64,000 nt of DNA from Saccostrea echinata (Eukaryota), in contig NW_026889750.1 of the NCBI RefSeq assembly GCF_033153115.1, positions 18,414,001 through 18,478,000 on the forward strand, in the 5' to 3' direction. This document shows, in pieces, positions 1 through 13,848 of the stretch; the first letter of the stretch is position 1, and every line of letters starts with the position of its first letter. Below the pieces are notes generated by a model. That model worked only from the letters and a program-made list of their open reading frames with translations. It made no database searches and was not told the DNA's origin. The position numbers and the translations under genes were made by a program.

Positions 1-692
1 AACTTCACTACACAGATAGAATAACACAGATAGAGCATATCAAACTCTAAAAAAGACGTACCACATCTATACACATAAACTCTAGAGTTTATGTATATAG
101 GTGTTGTATGTCTTTTTTAAACGTGGTTTTTCATGACTGAAAGTGTCAGAATCTTTATTTTAACAACTTTGAAGTGTATCTTTAAGTAGATTCAAAATTT
201 TATTAATTTATTTTACATTTAACAATCCGAAAGACAAGTCCCTATGGAATCTCCCATGATTTATAGTTGGATAATTATGAATATGATTTGAAATATTTTG
301 CTATGCAATGCAAACAATACTTGTACGCATTATTATACCGGTATGTTTACACAAGTTCCCATTTCGCCTTAATAAACCCCAGAAGGTACTAAGGCGAAAT
401 GGGAATAGCAAATTTTACAGTTAAGGCAAAATGGGAACAAAGCTGATATGGTTTTTAGGCAAGGAGTTGTGTGTGTGTGTGTGTTTATCCCCGAGCCATG
501 GCAAGGGGATAAAAACACACAACGAGTTGGATAAGAATCATCCAGCTACAAATCATGGGAGTTTCTTTTTATCCCATGTTTTATGCATCACTATCAATAT
601 TTTACACCGTTTTTATATAGGAATCTACTTTATTTTACTTCACCACTTTCACTCAAAAACCATTGCGACGTCACAGCAGTGGGATATGAAAA

Positions 693-693
693 T

Positions 694-726
<33 letters not shown>

Positions 727-2252
727 CACATTGGCTAGGAAAAAAAGCAAAAATCAGTTCAGTATTGAAAAGTTTAGGGGGGGGGGGTTGAATTTTAAAC
801 TACCTAATGATGCTTTCATATCACTATAACAAATGGCTTTGCTGTTCTTGAGCAGCAGATTTTTTCCCATATATTCATTTGTAAAACTTTGATCCCCCAT
901 TGTGGCCCCACCCTACCTACAGGGGCCCTCATTTGAACAATTTTCATTCTACACTCCCAAGGATGCCTCCATATTAATTTGACTAATCATGGCTTTTCTG
1001 TTCTTGACAAAAAGATTTTTTCCTATATAATCCTCTGTAAACTTTGATCCCTCATAGTGACCCCATCCTATCCCGGGGGGGGGGGGGGGGGATGTCATGA
1101 CTTGAACAAACTTGAATCTACCCTACCTGAGGATGCTTCCATATAAATATGACCAATCATGGCTTTGCTGTTCTTAAGAAGATTTTTAAAGATATTTTCC
1201 TATATATTTCTATGTAAAACTTTGATCCCCCATTGTGGCCCCACCCTACCCCTGGGGGTCATGATTTGAACAAATTTAAATCTACACTACCTGAGGATGC
1301 TTCCATATAAATATGACCAATCATGGTTTTGCTTTTCTTAAGAAGATTTTTAAAGATATTTTCCTATAGATATATTTCTATGAAAAACTTTGATCCCCCA
1401 TTGTGGCTCCACCATACCCCCGGGGGTCATGATTTGAACAGACTTGAATCTACACTACCTCAGGGTGCTTCCACATAAATATGACCAATCATGGCTTTGC
1501 TGTTCTTAAAAAGATTTTTAAAGATATTTTCCTATATATATTTCTATGTAAAACTTTCATCCCCCATTGTGGCCCCATACTACCCCTGGGGGTCATGATT
1601 TGAACAAATTCGAATCTACACTACCTGAGGATGCTTCCATATAAATATGACCAATCATGGCTTTACTGTTCTAAAGAGGAAGATTTTTAAAGATATTTTC
1701 CTATATATTTCTATGTAAAGCTTTGATCCCCCATTGTGGCCCCATACTACCCCCGGGGGTCATGATTTGAACAAACTTGAATCTACACTACCTGAGGATG
1801 CTTCCATATAAATATGACCAATCATGGCTTTGCTGTTCTTAAGAAGAAGATTTTTAAAGATATTTTCCTATATATTTCTATGTAAAACTTTGATCCCCCA
1901 TTGTGGCCCCACCCTATCCCCGGGGGTCATGATTTGAACAAACTTGAATCTACACTACCTGAGGATGCTTCCATATAAATATGACCAATCATGGCTTTGC
2001 TGTTCTTAAGAAGAAGATTTTTAAAGATATTTTCCTATATATTTCTATGTAAAACTTTGATCCCCCATTGTGGCCCCACCCTACCCCCGGGGGTCATGAT
2101 TTGAACAACCTGAATCTTCACTACCTGAGGAGGTTTCCACATAAGTTTCATTTTTCCTGGCCCAGTGGTTCTTGAGAAGAAGATTTTTAAATGATGCCAT
2201 TATTTTTTCACTAATTCCAAATTATCTCCCCTTGAAAGAGGGCTTGGCCCTC

Positions 2253-2292
<40 letters not shown>

Positions 2293-2294
2293 CA

Positions 2295-2338
<44 letters not shown>

Positions 2339-2399
2339 TCAAAAATGTGAAAAGTTTACAGACGAACGGACAGACAGACAGACGGACGACGGACAAAAT

Positions 2400-2433
<34 letters not shown>

Positions 2434-2447
2434 AGTGAGCTAAAAAA
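693..2447 (+). mobile_element. Non-autonomous Helentron/HINE-type element with an internal ~167-bp tandem satellite (about 8 monomers, ~887-2150)
   Basis: Left end CAAGAGGCCCATGGGCCACATCGCTCACCTGAG. Monomers start CTTTGATCCCCCATTGTGGCCCC at ~887, 1042, 1219, 1388, 1553, 1721, 1888 and 2055. Then a GACA/GACG microsatellite and the terminal hairpin AGCTCACTTGAGC-TTTCA-GCTCAAGTGAGCT followed by an A-run. Same layout as bivalve Cg170/pearl-like elements. Confidence 0.85.
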
Positions 2448-4599
2448 AAGTCCAATGAGTGATATCCACGGGATAAAGGGGTAAACATGGGATAAAAAGA
2501 TTTCAAGGCCATAATTAGGCCCAAATTTTTAGAGAGGCAACGGTTCGGGGGTCTACTTGAATCCTAAGCTGGTCCACGGTAGAACTCTGATGGGGGTTCT
2601 AGGGGTAGAGGGTTCCCGAAACCTTTAAGCAAATTAAGGACTTCATCTTTCAAAGTATCACGTTTTGAATCATTGTTTTAATACTTTTCAAACTATAATG
2701 AAGCACCTGGCGAGATGATCGATTTAGGCCTACAGAAAATGAAACCAAAGCTGAAAATATTAATTTAGTACAAAGACTCACACAATTCACCATATTGAAC
2801 TATAACTGAACTATAAAGTTAAATGTTTTCACTTTTCAGAAAACTCCAAAAAATTTAGTGAGGCATTTGCCTCATTTGCCTCAATGGTAGTTACGGCCTT
2901 GGATTTATGTTAATTCACTTGTGGCTACAATATTCATGAAACGTCATTTGGCGAAATTTTTAATTGAATTAGAGGGATTTATGACTGCTTTATCGCTTAT
3001 TATAGATAATCAATGCGTCAAAACGAAGTCAAAAATGGCAATGTTATTGAACGTCTTGGCGGAGCACCGAGCTATTGAAAAAATTATGTGTGCAGACAGG
3101 AAAATGCCCGAAAGAGACTAAAATGTTTTTATTTGCTGCTAGAGATTGCGAACACGTATCTAGGACCAAATTGTTAATTGTAGTAGCTTTGTAAGAATGG
3201 AAGGATTGACATTTTTGTTGTTCAACTCATGCGATACCCCATTACCCCGCTTTATCTCATGTTGCGCCTATGGATTTTACATTGTTTCCATACCTGATCG
3301 CTCAGCTAGGTAGACACTGATTTTAAGACCTAATTGATACCCTATACGCCATAAAAGGCATTTTAGAAAAAAAAAAGTAACATATCTTGATATAGTTATT
3401 AGTTTTTTACGTACGAAAAAGACATGAAAAGTCTATTAATAGAACTGAAAGATATTTAGAACTGTGAATAAGATTCTAGACCTTTTAGTCAAAAAGCTCA
3501 CCTGGGAGCCTAGCTCAAATTAGCAAAAAAAAACAAAAAACAAAACAAAACAAAACAAAAAAAACGCACTAATTTCGAAAACATGCATGTCGTTTCAGCT
3601 GTAAGCATTAACTTAATTTCTTATAGGGTGTCTGGTCTTCAAAAGTCGGATTGATATATTGTCGAATTCCTGTACAATAATAACCAATTTTTCTTTTAAA
3701 AATGAAAGACTGGTTTATAAATAAAGGTTACATACAAGGATCGCGGTGATCATTGAATTTCGTCATTAGTTGAGAAGAAATTTGATCGTCACTCAAATCC
3801 AGAAGCCATGAATTTTCGGAATTGCAGTAAGACTGTGCTGTGAACCACGATCCCCTTTTCTCTTTCACGCTGTAGCAGGTGTTGGCCCCACGGTCATATA
3901 TGTAGGAGGGTCCTCCTTTACATGCGACTAGAAAATAAAAACCAAAAGGATTACATCATCAACACCTACCTCCCCCCCCCCCCATATTACAACCCATCGT
4001 AATCATTAACGGTGTTTGTTTATTTATTCCTTAAGCCATTATGGCTTATCAGACCAAATTATCATTATGCATTTACAAAATAAATGTTATCAGGGACCTA
4101 TATACTTAGTATATAGGTCCCTGATGTTATATAATACAGAAGTATTGCATTTTAATGAATGTACATACATAAAATATTTTTACATACACTTGGTTTTCCA
4201 TAATATTGTTTGTATATTAAATTTCCAACAACAACAACAACAAAATTTTAGTTTACAATAGTGAATCTCTCTAAGTGTTTCTGCTTTCTGTAGGAATTTA
4301 CCTATATTTTCAGTCGATCAGGTGAACGCGAAAAAACACAAGAACAGAAAATATTGAAGTTGTATAGAAAATATAGCATCATCGCTTTCATTAAAAAATG
4401 CATCTTTTTATATTAAAAGAACAGTGATTTTCTGTTGTATTATTAAGTTAAATTATTATTCTAAGGACTTTAATCTAGGAATTGCAATCTAGGATTGCAT
4501 ACACAAATTATTTCTTAAATATCTGTACAAAAACACTATAAAGACCAAATCTTTTTAACGTCTGATTACCCGAGGAGAGGGAGTCGGTCTTGGTAATAT

Positions 4600-4832
4600 A
4601 GGAGCCCGTTTTACAAACAAACTTACGACTAAGACCAAAAACTTTATTTGATCTTAAAATATTGCAAAATTAATTGATAATTCTTTTTAAAATTCCTAGA
4701 AAAAAATATCTTTCTAAATTCTTTTTAAACAGATAAAAATCATATTCAAATTAATGAAAAATAGAAAGTAATAAGCCAAATTAAATTTTGGTCTTAGTCG
4801 TAATTTAAGTTCTTTTGTAAAACAGGCCTCCT
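4600..4832. mobile_element. MITE with ~40-bp imperfect terminal inverted repeats
   Basis: AGGAGCCCGTTTTACAAACAAACTTACGACTAAGACCAAAA on the left versus TTTTGGTCTTAGTCGTAATTTAAGTTCTTTTGTAAAACAGGCCTCCT on the right; no clear TSD. Confidence 0.7.
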
Positions 4833-5810
4833 GGTGTTATTTACCTGGACGGCCCCAATGCTCGGTATGCCAAAAATAATATACACATTGCATTACACAA
4901 GATGTCTGTCTAGTAATCCTTGTCTAATTTTGAGTGAAACAAAATAATTTTTATACTTTAATATAAAATTCGTCAACTGAAACATTTTCAGCGATATCTC
5001 TTAAAAAATCATTCATGCTACGAAATATTATTAAAAAATTGTTTTAAAAAGTCACGAATGTAAACTACAAGGCAATCATATCGACATTTTTTTAATTGAC
5101 AGTAAAAAATATAATCATAATGTAAGTATATATATTGTTTTAAAAAAATCTATTTATCGTGTGGACGTTTACCATCGAGAAAATTAATTATTTATTTCTC
5201 TGGCCACCATAGTACCCATAATGTTCATTTAAATAAAGACGATAGAGGAAATTCGAAGAAAGATAAGGCATCACAATTTTGCTTAAAAAATCCGTAAATC
5301 TTTTTTGTTTTTTTTAACAATTTATATATAACCAAACAGATTCTAAATGTAATATTTTGACAATACAAAGCTTCTCTGAACCTTAATTAAAGTAATAAAT
5401 ATTTTACATTAGCTAATTACAAGTAGCTAATTATATTTTGTACAAGGACATGTCTCAATTGTTTCAAGCATATCGTGGTAAATACTTTTCCTTATACAAT
5501 TCTCTGATTCTAATACCTTCAACCAAAATTAATTTTATAATGCGATTTTTTCTTTGAATTCAAAGAAGAAAGCGACCAAGTTCGTCATAATAGATCGGCC
5601 AAGTTCGTTATACATGTAATAGATCATCAGCGACGAGGTATGTTTTCTCACTTTCAACATAATTTTAACAGGCTAATATCGTTTTTGGAAAGGGGGGGGG
5701 GGGGCAGGGGAAAAAATACAACTTCCCTAAAAAACTTTGACAAGCAAATAAATAAATAAATAAAAAATAATATACTAATAATAAAAAAGTTAATTTGACA
5801 ACTTCCCTTA

Positions 5811-5945
5811 NNNNNNNNNNNNNNNNNNNNNNNNNNNNNNNNNNNNNNNNNNNNNNNNNNNNNNNNNNNNNNNNNNNNNNNNNNNNNNNNNNNNNNNNNN
5901 NNNNNNNNNNNNNNNNNNNNNNNNNNNNNNNNNNNNNNNNNNNNN
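5811..5945. other. Assembly gap (N run)
   Basis: 135 N bases. Confidence 1.
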
Positions 5946-6845
5946 AATAAAGAAAGGGAAAACTGTCAAATGCACATTTTTTATTGAAATAATTTTTATG
6001 CACATGTTGATTTCAAAAGTTTAAACATATTTCCTCCCTTGCATTTTAACACGCAAAGTTCTCAGTTACGTTGACATGTAACTTATTTGTGTTGACATGT
6101 AGCTTATTTATGTTGACATGCAACCTTACTTTTTTCGCAAGCTGACGTAAATAAGTTGCATGTTGACACGTGCATACAGGATGCAACTCACTATTCACTT
6201 AAAAATTGACAACGGGAATGGCGATCATGTAGCGAATGTTGCTATAATGGTGGTACGATACAATTTTAAAATACAGCCTTTCATTAGATAAAAATACAGT
6301 GCATACTTTCTTAAAATAAATTCATTATAATAAATTTTTAAAAATAAATTTTTATTTAATTCGGAAGACGAGACAACTATCTTAGATGCCATTAACGGAA
6401 CTCGGTCCAGAAAAACTTGGGTAATAGTTTAGAATTTCAGATTATGGTTGTCTGCCCATGGTATGATGGTGACTGCTGTACACTGTACAGGTAAAATATT
6501 GATTAAGTCTTAATAATTAAGGTAAGATAAATTCAAAGTGACATATTTATTAAAGTCTGGTTTAAATTATGTGTTCTGTTTTGTAGAACAGTTCCATGAG
6601 TACTGTGTTAAAACTTGAATGTTAGAACATATTGACAATCGTTACCATGCGTGTGTGGGTGGATGTTTGAGGGTATGTCCTGCTTCCTACTCGCTGTCTT
6701 CATTCTCTTTCGACTCAACACTTCCCTCTCTCTGTATCCCCATTCCTCATCTATTTCCCCCTCCTCTTTCTATTCCCGGCCTTTGCAGCCCCCCCCCCCT
6801 CCTCCCATCAGCTGCCCATGTCAGAGCTTTCGCACCACTTTTGGA

Positions 6846-7938
6846 GGAATGTCAGACACCTCGGCCCAACGACACCTCGGCCCAACGACATTCGGCCCAA
6901 TGACACCTCGGCTCAGACAGGTCGGCCCAAGATTTAAGACAGGTCGGCCCATCTATAAGACACCTCGGCCCAAGCAGAATTTCATTATGAAATGTATTAA
7001 CATACATTTCCAATTTGCAACTTGAATAAAATATTGACTGGAAAAAATTATGAATAAACGGTCAAGAATTTTTTGGTAATTTTAATAATCGAGGAGAGAG
7101 AAGACAATTAATCAGGGACCTATACTAACTTCATACTTAGTATATAGGTCAATGAATTAATTAAAGTGCTAACTGATAAACAAACAAGATACCGCGGCGC
7201 ATCTTTTGTAGTCTCAAGTGCGTGTCATACTGGTGACAATGAGGGGTTAATTACGAGCAGGCTTAATTGTGAGATAGTACATTTACATCCATTGAATATT
7301 TTCTCCTTTACGAAAGTTAATATTTTATCAAACAGTTTACAGAACTTTTTAGATGTAGGTTCAAAAAAATCATGAAGGATGCATCTGATTATTCTCACAT
7401 TAATCTCCCAAGCACAAAAAAAGTTTAAAAGTAATTCATTTCTTTCAGGATTATTGACCTATCTCATACGTTTCAAATCATCAGAGAAACAATGCAAAAT
7501 GATTCGATAATGTAGATTCTTAAAATTATAATAGAAATCGTAAGAAAGAATTGCTAGTAAATTGAAATATAGTATAAATAATTACACATGTAGCATATAT
7601 ATCATGTATATTGGGCATTTTCCACAAGAGAGAGATGCAAGTTAAGGACTTATCTGATTTTAGTTATAGAAATGAACCAATTATCTATCAAAGACACCCC
7701 CTTCTCAATTTGATTTTTGTGAAGAAAATTGTTTAATCGTCAGAAAGAATAATTATATCTATTATATAATAATATCAATTCAGACCCTGGATTAATTCCT
7801 TCTATCACAAAATTTTGCTTGGGCCGAGGTGTATTTTATATGGGCCGACGTGTCAATTATCTTGGACCGACCTGTCAGGGCCGAGGTGTCAAACGTGACG
7901 GGCCGACGTGTCATTGGGCCGAGATGTCTGTCTACCCT
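6846..7938. mobile_element. Non-autonomous TIR element with subterminal repeats GACACCTCGGCCCA in opposite orientation at the two ends
   Basis: About 7 copies of GAC(A)CCTCGGCCCA / GACAGGTCGGCCC at 6854-6972 and about 6 copies of TGGGCCGAGGTGTC / GGCCGACGTGTC at 7820-7930, around an AT-rich non-coding core. Confidence 0.75.
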
Positions 7939-8125
7939 TTTGGGGACTGGGGCCGGGGCTAAAAATTGGGGAAATTGCCTACTTTTTGGGGGATTTGGGA
8001 AAATCATTGTACATAAAATCATTATAAAATAAAATTGGGTTCTTGATGTTTGTTATCAACCAAATTTCTATTCTGCAGTAGAGAGAAATACGAGTAGAAA
8101 GTTTATCAGTGTTTATTTATAATAT

Positions 8126-8278
8126 TGTACATGTTGTAGGAGTTCTGGCTTTATGGACCGTGGACTTCGGCCTGGATAGCTCAGTGGTTAGAGCACCTGA
8201 CTAGTACAGCAGGGGTCCCGGGATCAATTCCCGGTCCAGCCATATGTTTCCTTCATGCGTTTCTCCTTTCCTACTACA
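8126..8278 (+). mobile_element. Solo LTR containing a tRNA-like sequence (Helenus-like TRIM)
   Basis: TG...CA ends, inverted termini TGTTGTAGGA / TCCTACTACA, 4-bp ATAT direct repeat at 8122-8125 and 8279-8282, internal tRNA-like segment. Confidence 0.65.
8170..8242 (+). pseudogene. tRNA-Thr(AGT)-like sequence, degenerate, part of the solo LTR
   Basis: Acceptor-like GCCTGGA/TCCAGCC, A-box TAGCTCAGTGGTTAGAGC, anticodon loop CT-AGT-AC, T-stem CCGGG/CCCGG. The T-loop is aberrant (ATCAATT) and the anticodon stem is imperfect. Confidence 0.7.
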
Positions 8279-9492
8279 ATATATTCAATTATATATGTGT
8301 AAAATGACTATTGGAAAAATTAGCACGGTTAATTGGGAAATTAGGTATTATTTTTTTTTGAATTGGGAATGGGTCCTTTGAATGGGTCTAATTCTTGGCA
8401 ATGTCAATCAAGATCCTGCTTGTACACCTAATGACTTATACATGTTATAACAGTGTTTATTATACTATACCTCCCTGATGAATAAACCTGCAATTATTTT
8501 CTAAATTAACAGCTTCCTACCATGGAATAGTTTTTGTGGTATTTGCCCACGATGAAATAGTCATCAAACTATTCACCACCAGCATTCTATTACCCTCCCA
8601 TTTAATTTCGGATCTCTTCTGGTTTTATCCTGATCATGACATTAAACATGCAAGTAAAGTCTACTTCGGTATAATAAAACACCTTTTTACTGACTATTTG
8701 GACAAAAGCAAGTTTATTGTCTCCCTCGATAGCAACGATATATATTTCCCTCAGCTACTCCTTGGGAAGTTGTTGCTCTCCTGGGGTTCAGTGAACTTGC
8801 TATTATCCTCATGGCCAGTATAAGTTATAATAATCACAGTAGCTGTAGAACTGTAGCTCTCCGAAAAAAATATTGAGTCAGACAGACTGGAGAGCTACAG
8901 TGCCACCCATAGAAAAAAAATGTACATTTATTGTGCACAAAAATTTGTTCTCAGTTCTGGATGTATTTCTCCAAAATCTTGCCTCAACTGGAGAAAAGCT
9001 AGATTTCAAAGAATTATCAACTACTATTGTAGTTGACCTCTGCTCGGCGCACTTGGACCGAATTGTCTTGCCATCCAAAATGGCAGTATAAATAGGCGAA
9101 ATTTTGGATGGTCTCAATTTCAGGCCCAGGAGGGCTACTGAAAATGGTTATATTTTGATATGGAAATAGTGAAGGAATATATTAGGAACACACAGTAATA
9201 TTTTTAGATTGCAGTTTAAATATACAGAGAAATAAATCGAGAAACGGTGCACTTTTTTATGCAAAATAATTATGTACAATTAAATTTTTTCTATAGGTGG
9301 CACATTTAGTCAGTCTTAGCTAAATATACTTTTTTTCTTTATCTCAATGCTAGATTCAGAGATGTATATGGCAACAGACCTTGATCAGGCTATTTTTTAC
9401 ACCCAACAGTGCGAATATGAAAGATGAGAATACACTATGTTGAAGTGCCTTGGTCTCACTACGGAAACCATTCTCGAGAACCTTCACCTTGC

Positions 9493-11390
9493 ATGGAGGC
9501 TGGACATCTATGTAGACGGTAATTAAAAGAAAACTAGTGTATTTATGATAGAGCCATTACAAAATAAATGGAATCACAATTACAAAAGACAAAGTGGAAG
9601 GGTTGCTAAGTATTCACATTCTCAGTGGGTAACATTCTCTGTTGGCTAAATAAGATGTTAAAGAGAAGCATTGATCTCTCATATATACATGTACCAATTT
9701 CAAAATTTAAAATTGTGTAAATGTAGATTAACATGAAAGGTTTCTAGTACTCAAAATCATTGCATCCTAGCTAAATGTATATGTTTCTCAGCATGAAATT
9801 TAAAGGTGATCATGAAAGTTAATTAAGATAAGTTACCCACAACAGATGTGAATGCTTATCACTTAAGTACATGGATTAACAAACATTGAGTGAATTTTTA
9901 TTTAGTGACTGAGATCTGATAAGTACCAGGTATTGTAAATTTCTACACAGATTTATTTCTTAGCATGAATGTAATATTTCTGGTGGCATAGAAAACTACA
10001 TTTGACCACTTAATTCCAAACCCCTCCCCTCATTAAGGTATTTCTGGATGATTAAAACATAGTGTATAATGCAGTTGTCCAATTTTGGCAGAATTATATA
10101 GTTCTGTCAAATTCACAGAAAATGAAATCACAAAATATTTAAATATATCCCTTTATTAATTGTACTTCAGATGAATCCCACAAATAGTATGTACAGAGGT
10201 CAGAATTCTATAGCTTTAGTGGATTCATGAAACTGCAAAGAATTCAAGTTGCAGAAAATACCCATTATATAGTATCAATAGTATACATTAGATTTTAATG
10301 TAAAATGAGCAGTTTTTTTCTTTACAGAATACAGAGGGCACTCTTATCAATCTTCATCAGGAAATTTTGTCGTTACAAAAAATGGCACATCAAAGTGCTA
10401 TTTATAGGACTTGTGATATTTATAGTAACAAAGTGCTTTTCTTTGGAAAGGAATGAAATCATTTTTAGGTGCGAGACTGATTTCGGTTATACTCCATACA
10501 AATTCAAAAACTTGGACAACATTAGTATTGATCCATTAAACATTCATCCATTTCGATATAAATTTGTGGCAAACACTGTATGTGAAAATGATGAGGAGAT
10601 TTATCTTCTAACTCTTGTAAAATCTGCTACACATAACTACAAGAATAGGCTTTACATAAGACAGACATGGGGCAAAGAAGCCAGCTTAGAAAATCGGCGT
10701 CTGGTTTTTATCCTTGGATATTCAGAAGTGCAACAAGCTTCTATAGAATATGAAAATCAAGTGTTTAAGGACATAATCCAGGAGGATTTCCAAGATAATT
10801 ACTGGAGCAATACATACAAAATGGAGATGGCATTTAGCTGGATTACAAAATACTGTAATTCTGCAAAATATATCTTGTTTGTGGATGATGACATGTTTGT
10901 TAACATGCAAAACAGTTTGAAATATCTTAGCTCTATTGACAGAAGTAATGTGGATTATCTTTATAGTGGATTTCTGGTGGAAAAACCATTTCCCATCCGT
11001 GATTTTTCCGACAAACATTATGTGTCCTGGGAAGATTATCCCTTTGACTGTTTTCCTCCATACATACCGTCCGGAACAGTTTTCTTTAACAAAGCAACAA
11101 TAAATAAATTTCAGAAAGTCATTCCTTACATCCCCCACTTTAGAGAGGATGATGTGTATCTAGGTATTGTTGCACAGAAAGTTGGAATTGTGCCCTCTGA
11201 TATCAGCTTTCTCATAAGATTAGGAAATGGCAGTCCACATGCTAAATACATTCCGTGTTTTATATCCGATCATGGATATTCAACCTCAGAGCTCTTTCAA
11301 GAAGCTTATAGAGAACTCCAAACAAACACGATTTCCATAGATTATATTATGCGAGTATGTGTAAATGACATAAACAGGCCAGGACATTAA
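9493..11390 (+). CDS. Beta-1,3-galactosyltransferase / brainiac-like glycosyltransferase (GT31), type II membrane protein; exons 9493-9518 and 10328-11390
   Basis: N-terminal TM segment and GT31 motifs: LVKSA..N...R..IRQTWG, DIIQEDFQDNYWSNTYK, FVDDDMFVN (DxD), YPFDCFPPYIPSG, EDDVYLG. The phase-2 donor CG|GTAATT at 9518 joins the acceptor TTTACAG|A at 10328 in frame (MEAGHLCRRIQRALL...). ATG 10305 is the alternative start. Confidence 0.9.
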
Positions 11391-13400
11391 AGTGTTCAAA
11401 GCAGCAAAGTGGAATAAAAAGCTATGCTGTCAAAATAACTGCATTCTCAAATGCACAAAGGAACTTCCTGGTTTTTTTTTTTTTTTACAAAAGAAACAGG
11501 ATCATAAAGCTGTGATTCATTTCTAAACAGAAGGTAATGTTTGTGTATTATAATGACATCCCATTCATTGTGATGGGGAAAAGATGTTCAAGTGAGAAGT
11601 ACATGGGCATTGTGTAATACTGGTAGACTTGTGCCATACATTATGTATACTTACATGTACTTACTATAATGCTTCTTTGTTGTACAGGAATATGTATAGT
11701 CTCTGTCAATTTTTTTTCTTTGAAATTCATGCAATGACCTTTATTAAATACTGTGTCTTATTTGCCAAATTCTTATTTGAAATTTCAATTTTGATCATTT
11801 AGCATGTGTATGTGTGAATCACAAGCAGTTTATAATATGACATAGTAAATTATTAGAAAATTATTAGAAATTATTAGAAAACTATTCCTTGCATGCCATA
11901 TATTGAAAATGGCAATGACCTCTGGTGTTGAAATTAATATAGCTCTAGGATAATTATTAAATGTATGCAATGTATATGCAATAGCATCTGGAACAAAAGA
12001 ATTTTTATTTAGAAAAAAATATTCAATACAATGTGTATTAAAACTGCTGACACACAAGTAGTCAATGGTGCTAGCATAAAAAATGCTAGCATTATATTTA
12101 ATGAAGCTGTTACTAGGTATTTGTGCAACTTCATTGATGGCAGAGGCCTTTCATTAGGGAGTTAATGTCGAAGCATACACTTTTTTGTGTTAGAGATTAT
12201 AATGGAATTGGAAAAGTATGGAAAATGTCTCATTTAATAAAGACTTGATGCATCTCCAGCAATTTAGGCTCATCAGTCATCAGACAACACATTCACACAG
12301 TTGGGGCTATGAATTGTACATTGCTATAAAATGTACATTTCACATTTGATTGAGAAACATGAATTTACCCTTTAAATGCGTTACTGTATTAAATCTATTT
12401 GGAAAAGAAATGATTTCCAAACATGAAGGTCACAAAGCTTGAAATGCAAAATGTACACAGAGTTTTCTGATTTGGGTTTGGCCTATCAGTGTTCAATGTG
12501 GACCAAGGTTAAACTCTTGATATGCTTTAATTTAATGCAAGTCATGAGATTTATTATGTATATAAATGCTTTACATTCCCACCAAGCCCATTCAGTGGCA
12601 TTTTTAATTTTTTTACCTAATTGTAATGATCCATTTTTTTTAATTGTTTTTATTTTTTGTATTCATTATATTGTATGATCTCATTGTGTTTTTTCAGTGT
12701 GCTGTGCAATACAAAAGTTGTTGGGGTTTTGAATGGTGATAGATGTTTAATAAAAAAAAATTATAAAGAATTGCATTATAATTTCACTAAATTTCTAATG
12801 GAAAGTCTTTCAAGCTCTTTAAGAATGCTCATTTAATTTGCTATATAATGTAAAAGTATTAACCATCAGATATGAAATTAGTCGTTGATTATAAAAGTTT
12901 CAGTTAGTTGAAAGAACTTTTATCCGATACTTTTGTGTGTAATAATTAAGGCTCAAGGCTGTACATGTACAGTAAATATGTCTATAACAGTAAAAGGCTC
13001 CAAGGTATGTAATAATAAACGAAAAGATTTTCACAAACTTATTAAATAAAGGCTTTTCAAATGAATTCTTAACATAATTTCTCTAGAATTTGGCAGGTAT
13101 AAAGACCACATTCCAATCAGATTCTTGAAAATTATACGAATTTTTTAAATTTTTTTATTTTAGAAGATATTGAAAATAAGACACATTTACTTTATTTTTG
13201 ATTCGATAAATCTATATAGTTATAGTAGTACAAATTTGTAACATTTCAGGCCCGTAGGAAGCAATTTCACTTTGAGGGGACACAGCCATACATTTTCAGG
13301 TGGGGGGACACTATCAACTACCAAAATTCCTTGTCAAGCCAAAAACAAAGCCCCCCCCCCTTCCCGTGCTCCCTCCGGTTCCTACGGCCATGCATTTTTG

Positions 13401-13401
13401 A

Positions 13402-13448
<47 letters not shown>

Positions 13449-13520
13449 ACTTTGTCTGCAGTCCGTGTCTCGCTGTCCGTTCGTCTGTCTGTAAACTTCA
13501 CATTTTCGACTTCTTCGAGT
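13401..13520 (-). mobile_element. Truncated terminal fragment of the Helentron/HINE family seen at 693-2447
   Basis: TTTTTAGCTCACCTGAGCTGAAAGCTCAAGTGAGCTTTTCTGATCAC is the reverse complement of the 2400-2447 terminus. Confidence 0.8.
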
Positions 13521-13848
13521 CAGTTTCTATCACTCATTTATTTGAAAGAGAGCAATTCAATTATTAAGATTATTTATAAGTAAGAACAATGAATTAATCA
13601 AGAATTAAAGATACAGTATGAATTATAAGAAAAGATCTTTAACAGAATTTTAGCTGAGATCAAATTAAATGAATTCAATTAATTATATCTTCAAATAATT
13701 AAAGGCATATTCAATTATTTGATTATTTGTTAATTTGAATTGGCGTTTCATAAGTACACGCATGGCGTGACACAATATATAAGCCTTGAAATGATCTTGT
13801 TCATCACCAAACAATCATCAGCAAGAAATGTACATATATAATTTAAAC

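Noticed and set aside
887-2150. Regularly spaced repeats as a CRISPR array (also 44625-46960)
   Set aside because: Whole ~167-bp monomers are repeated with no unique spacers, there are no cas genes, and the context is eukaryotic; these are Helentron-borne satellites.
5665-6005. ORFs spanning the N run
   Set aside because: Artefacts of the assembly gap.
8170-8242. Functional tRNA-Thr gene
   Set aside because: Non-canonical T-loop, mispaired anticodon and acceptor stems, and it sits inside an LTR-like unit.
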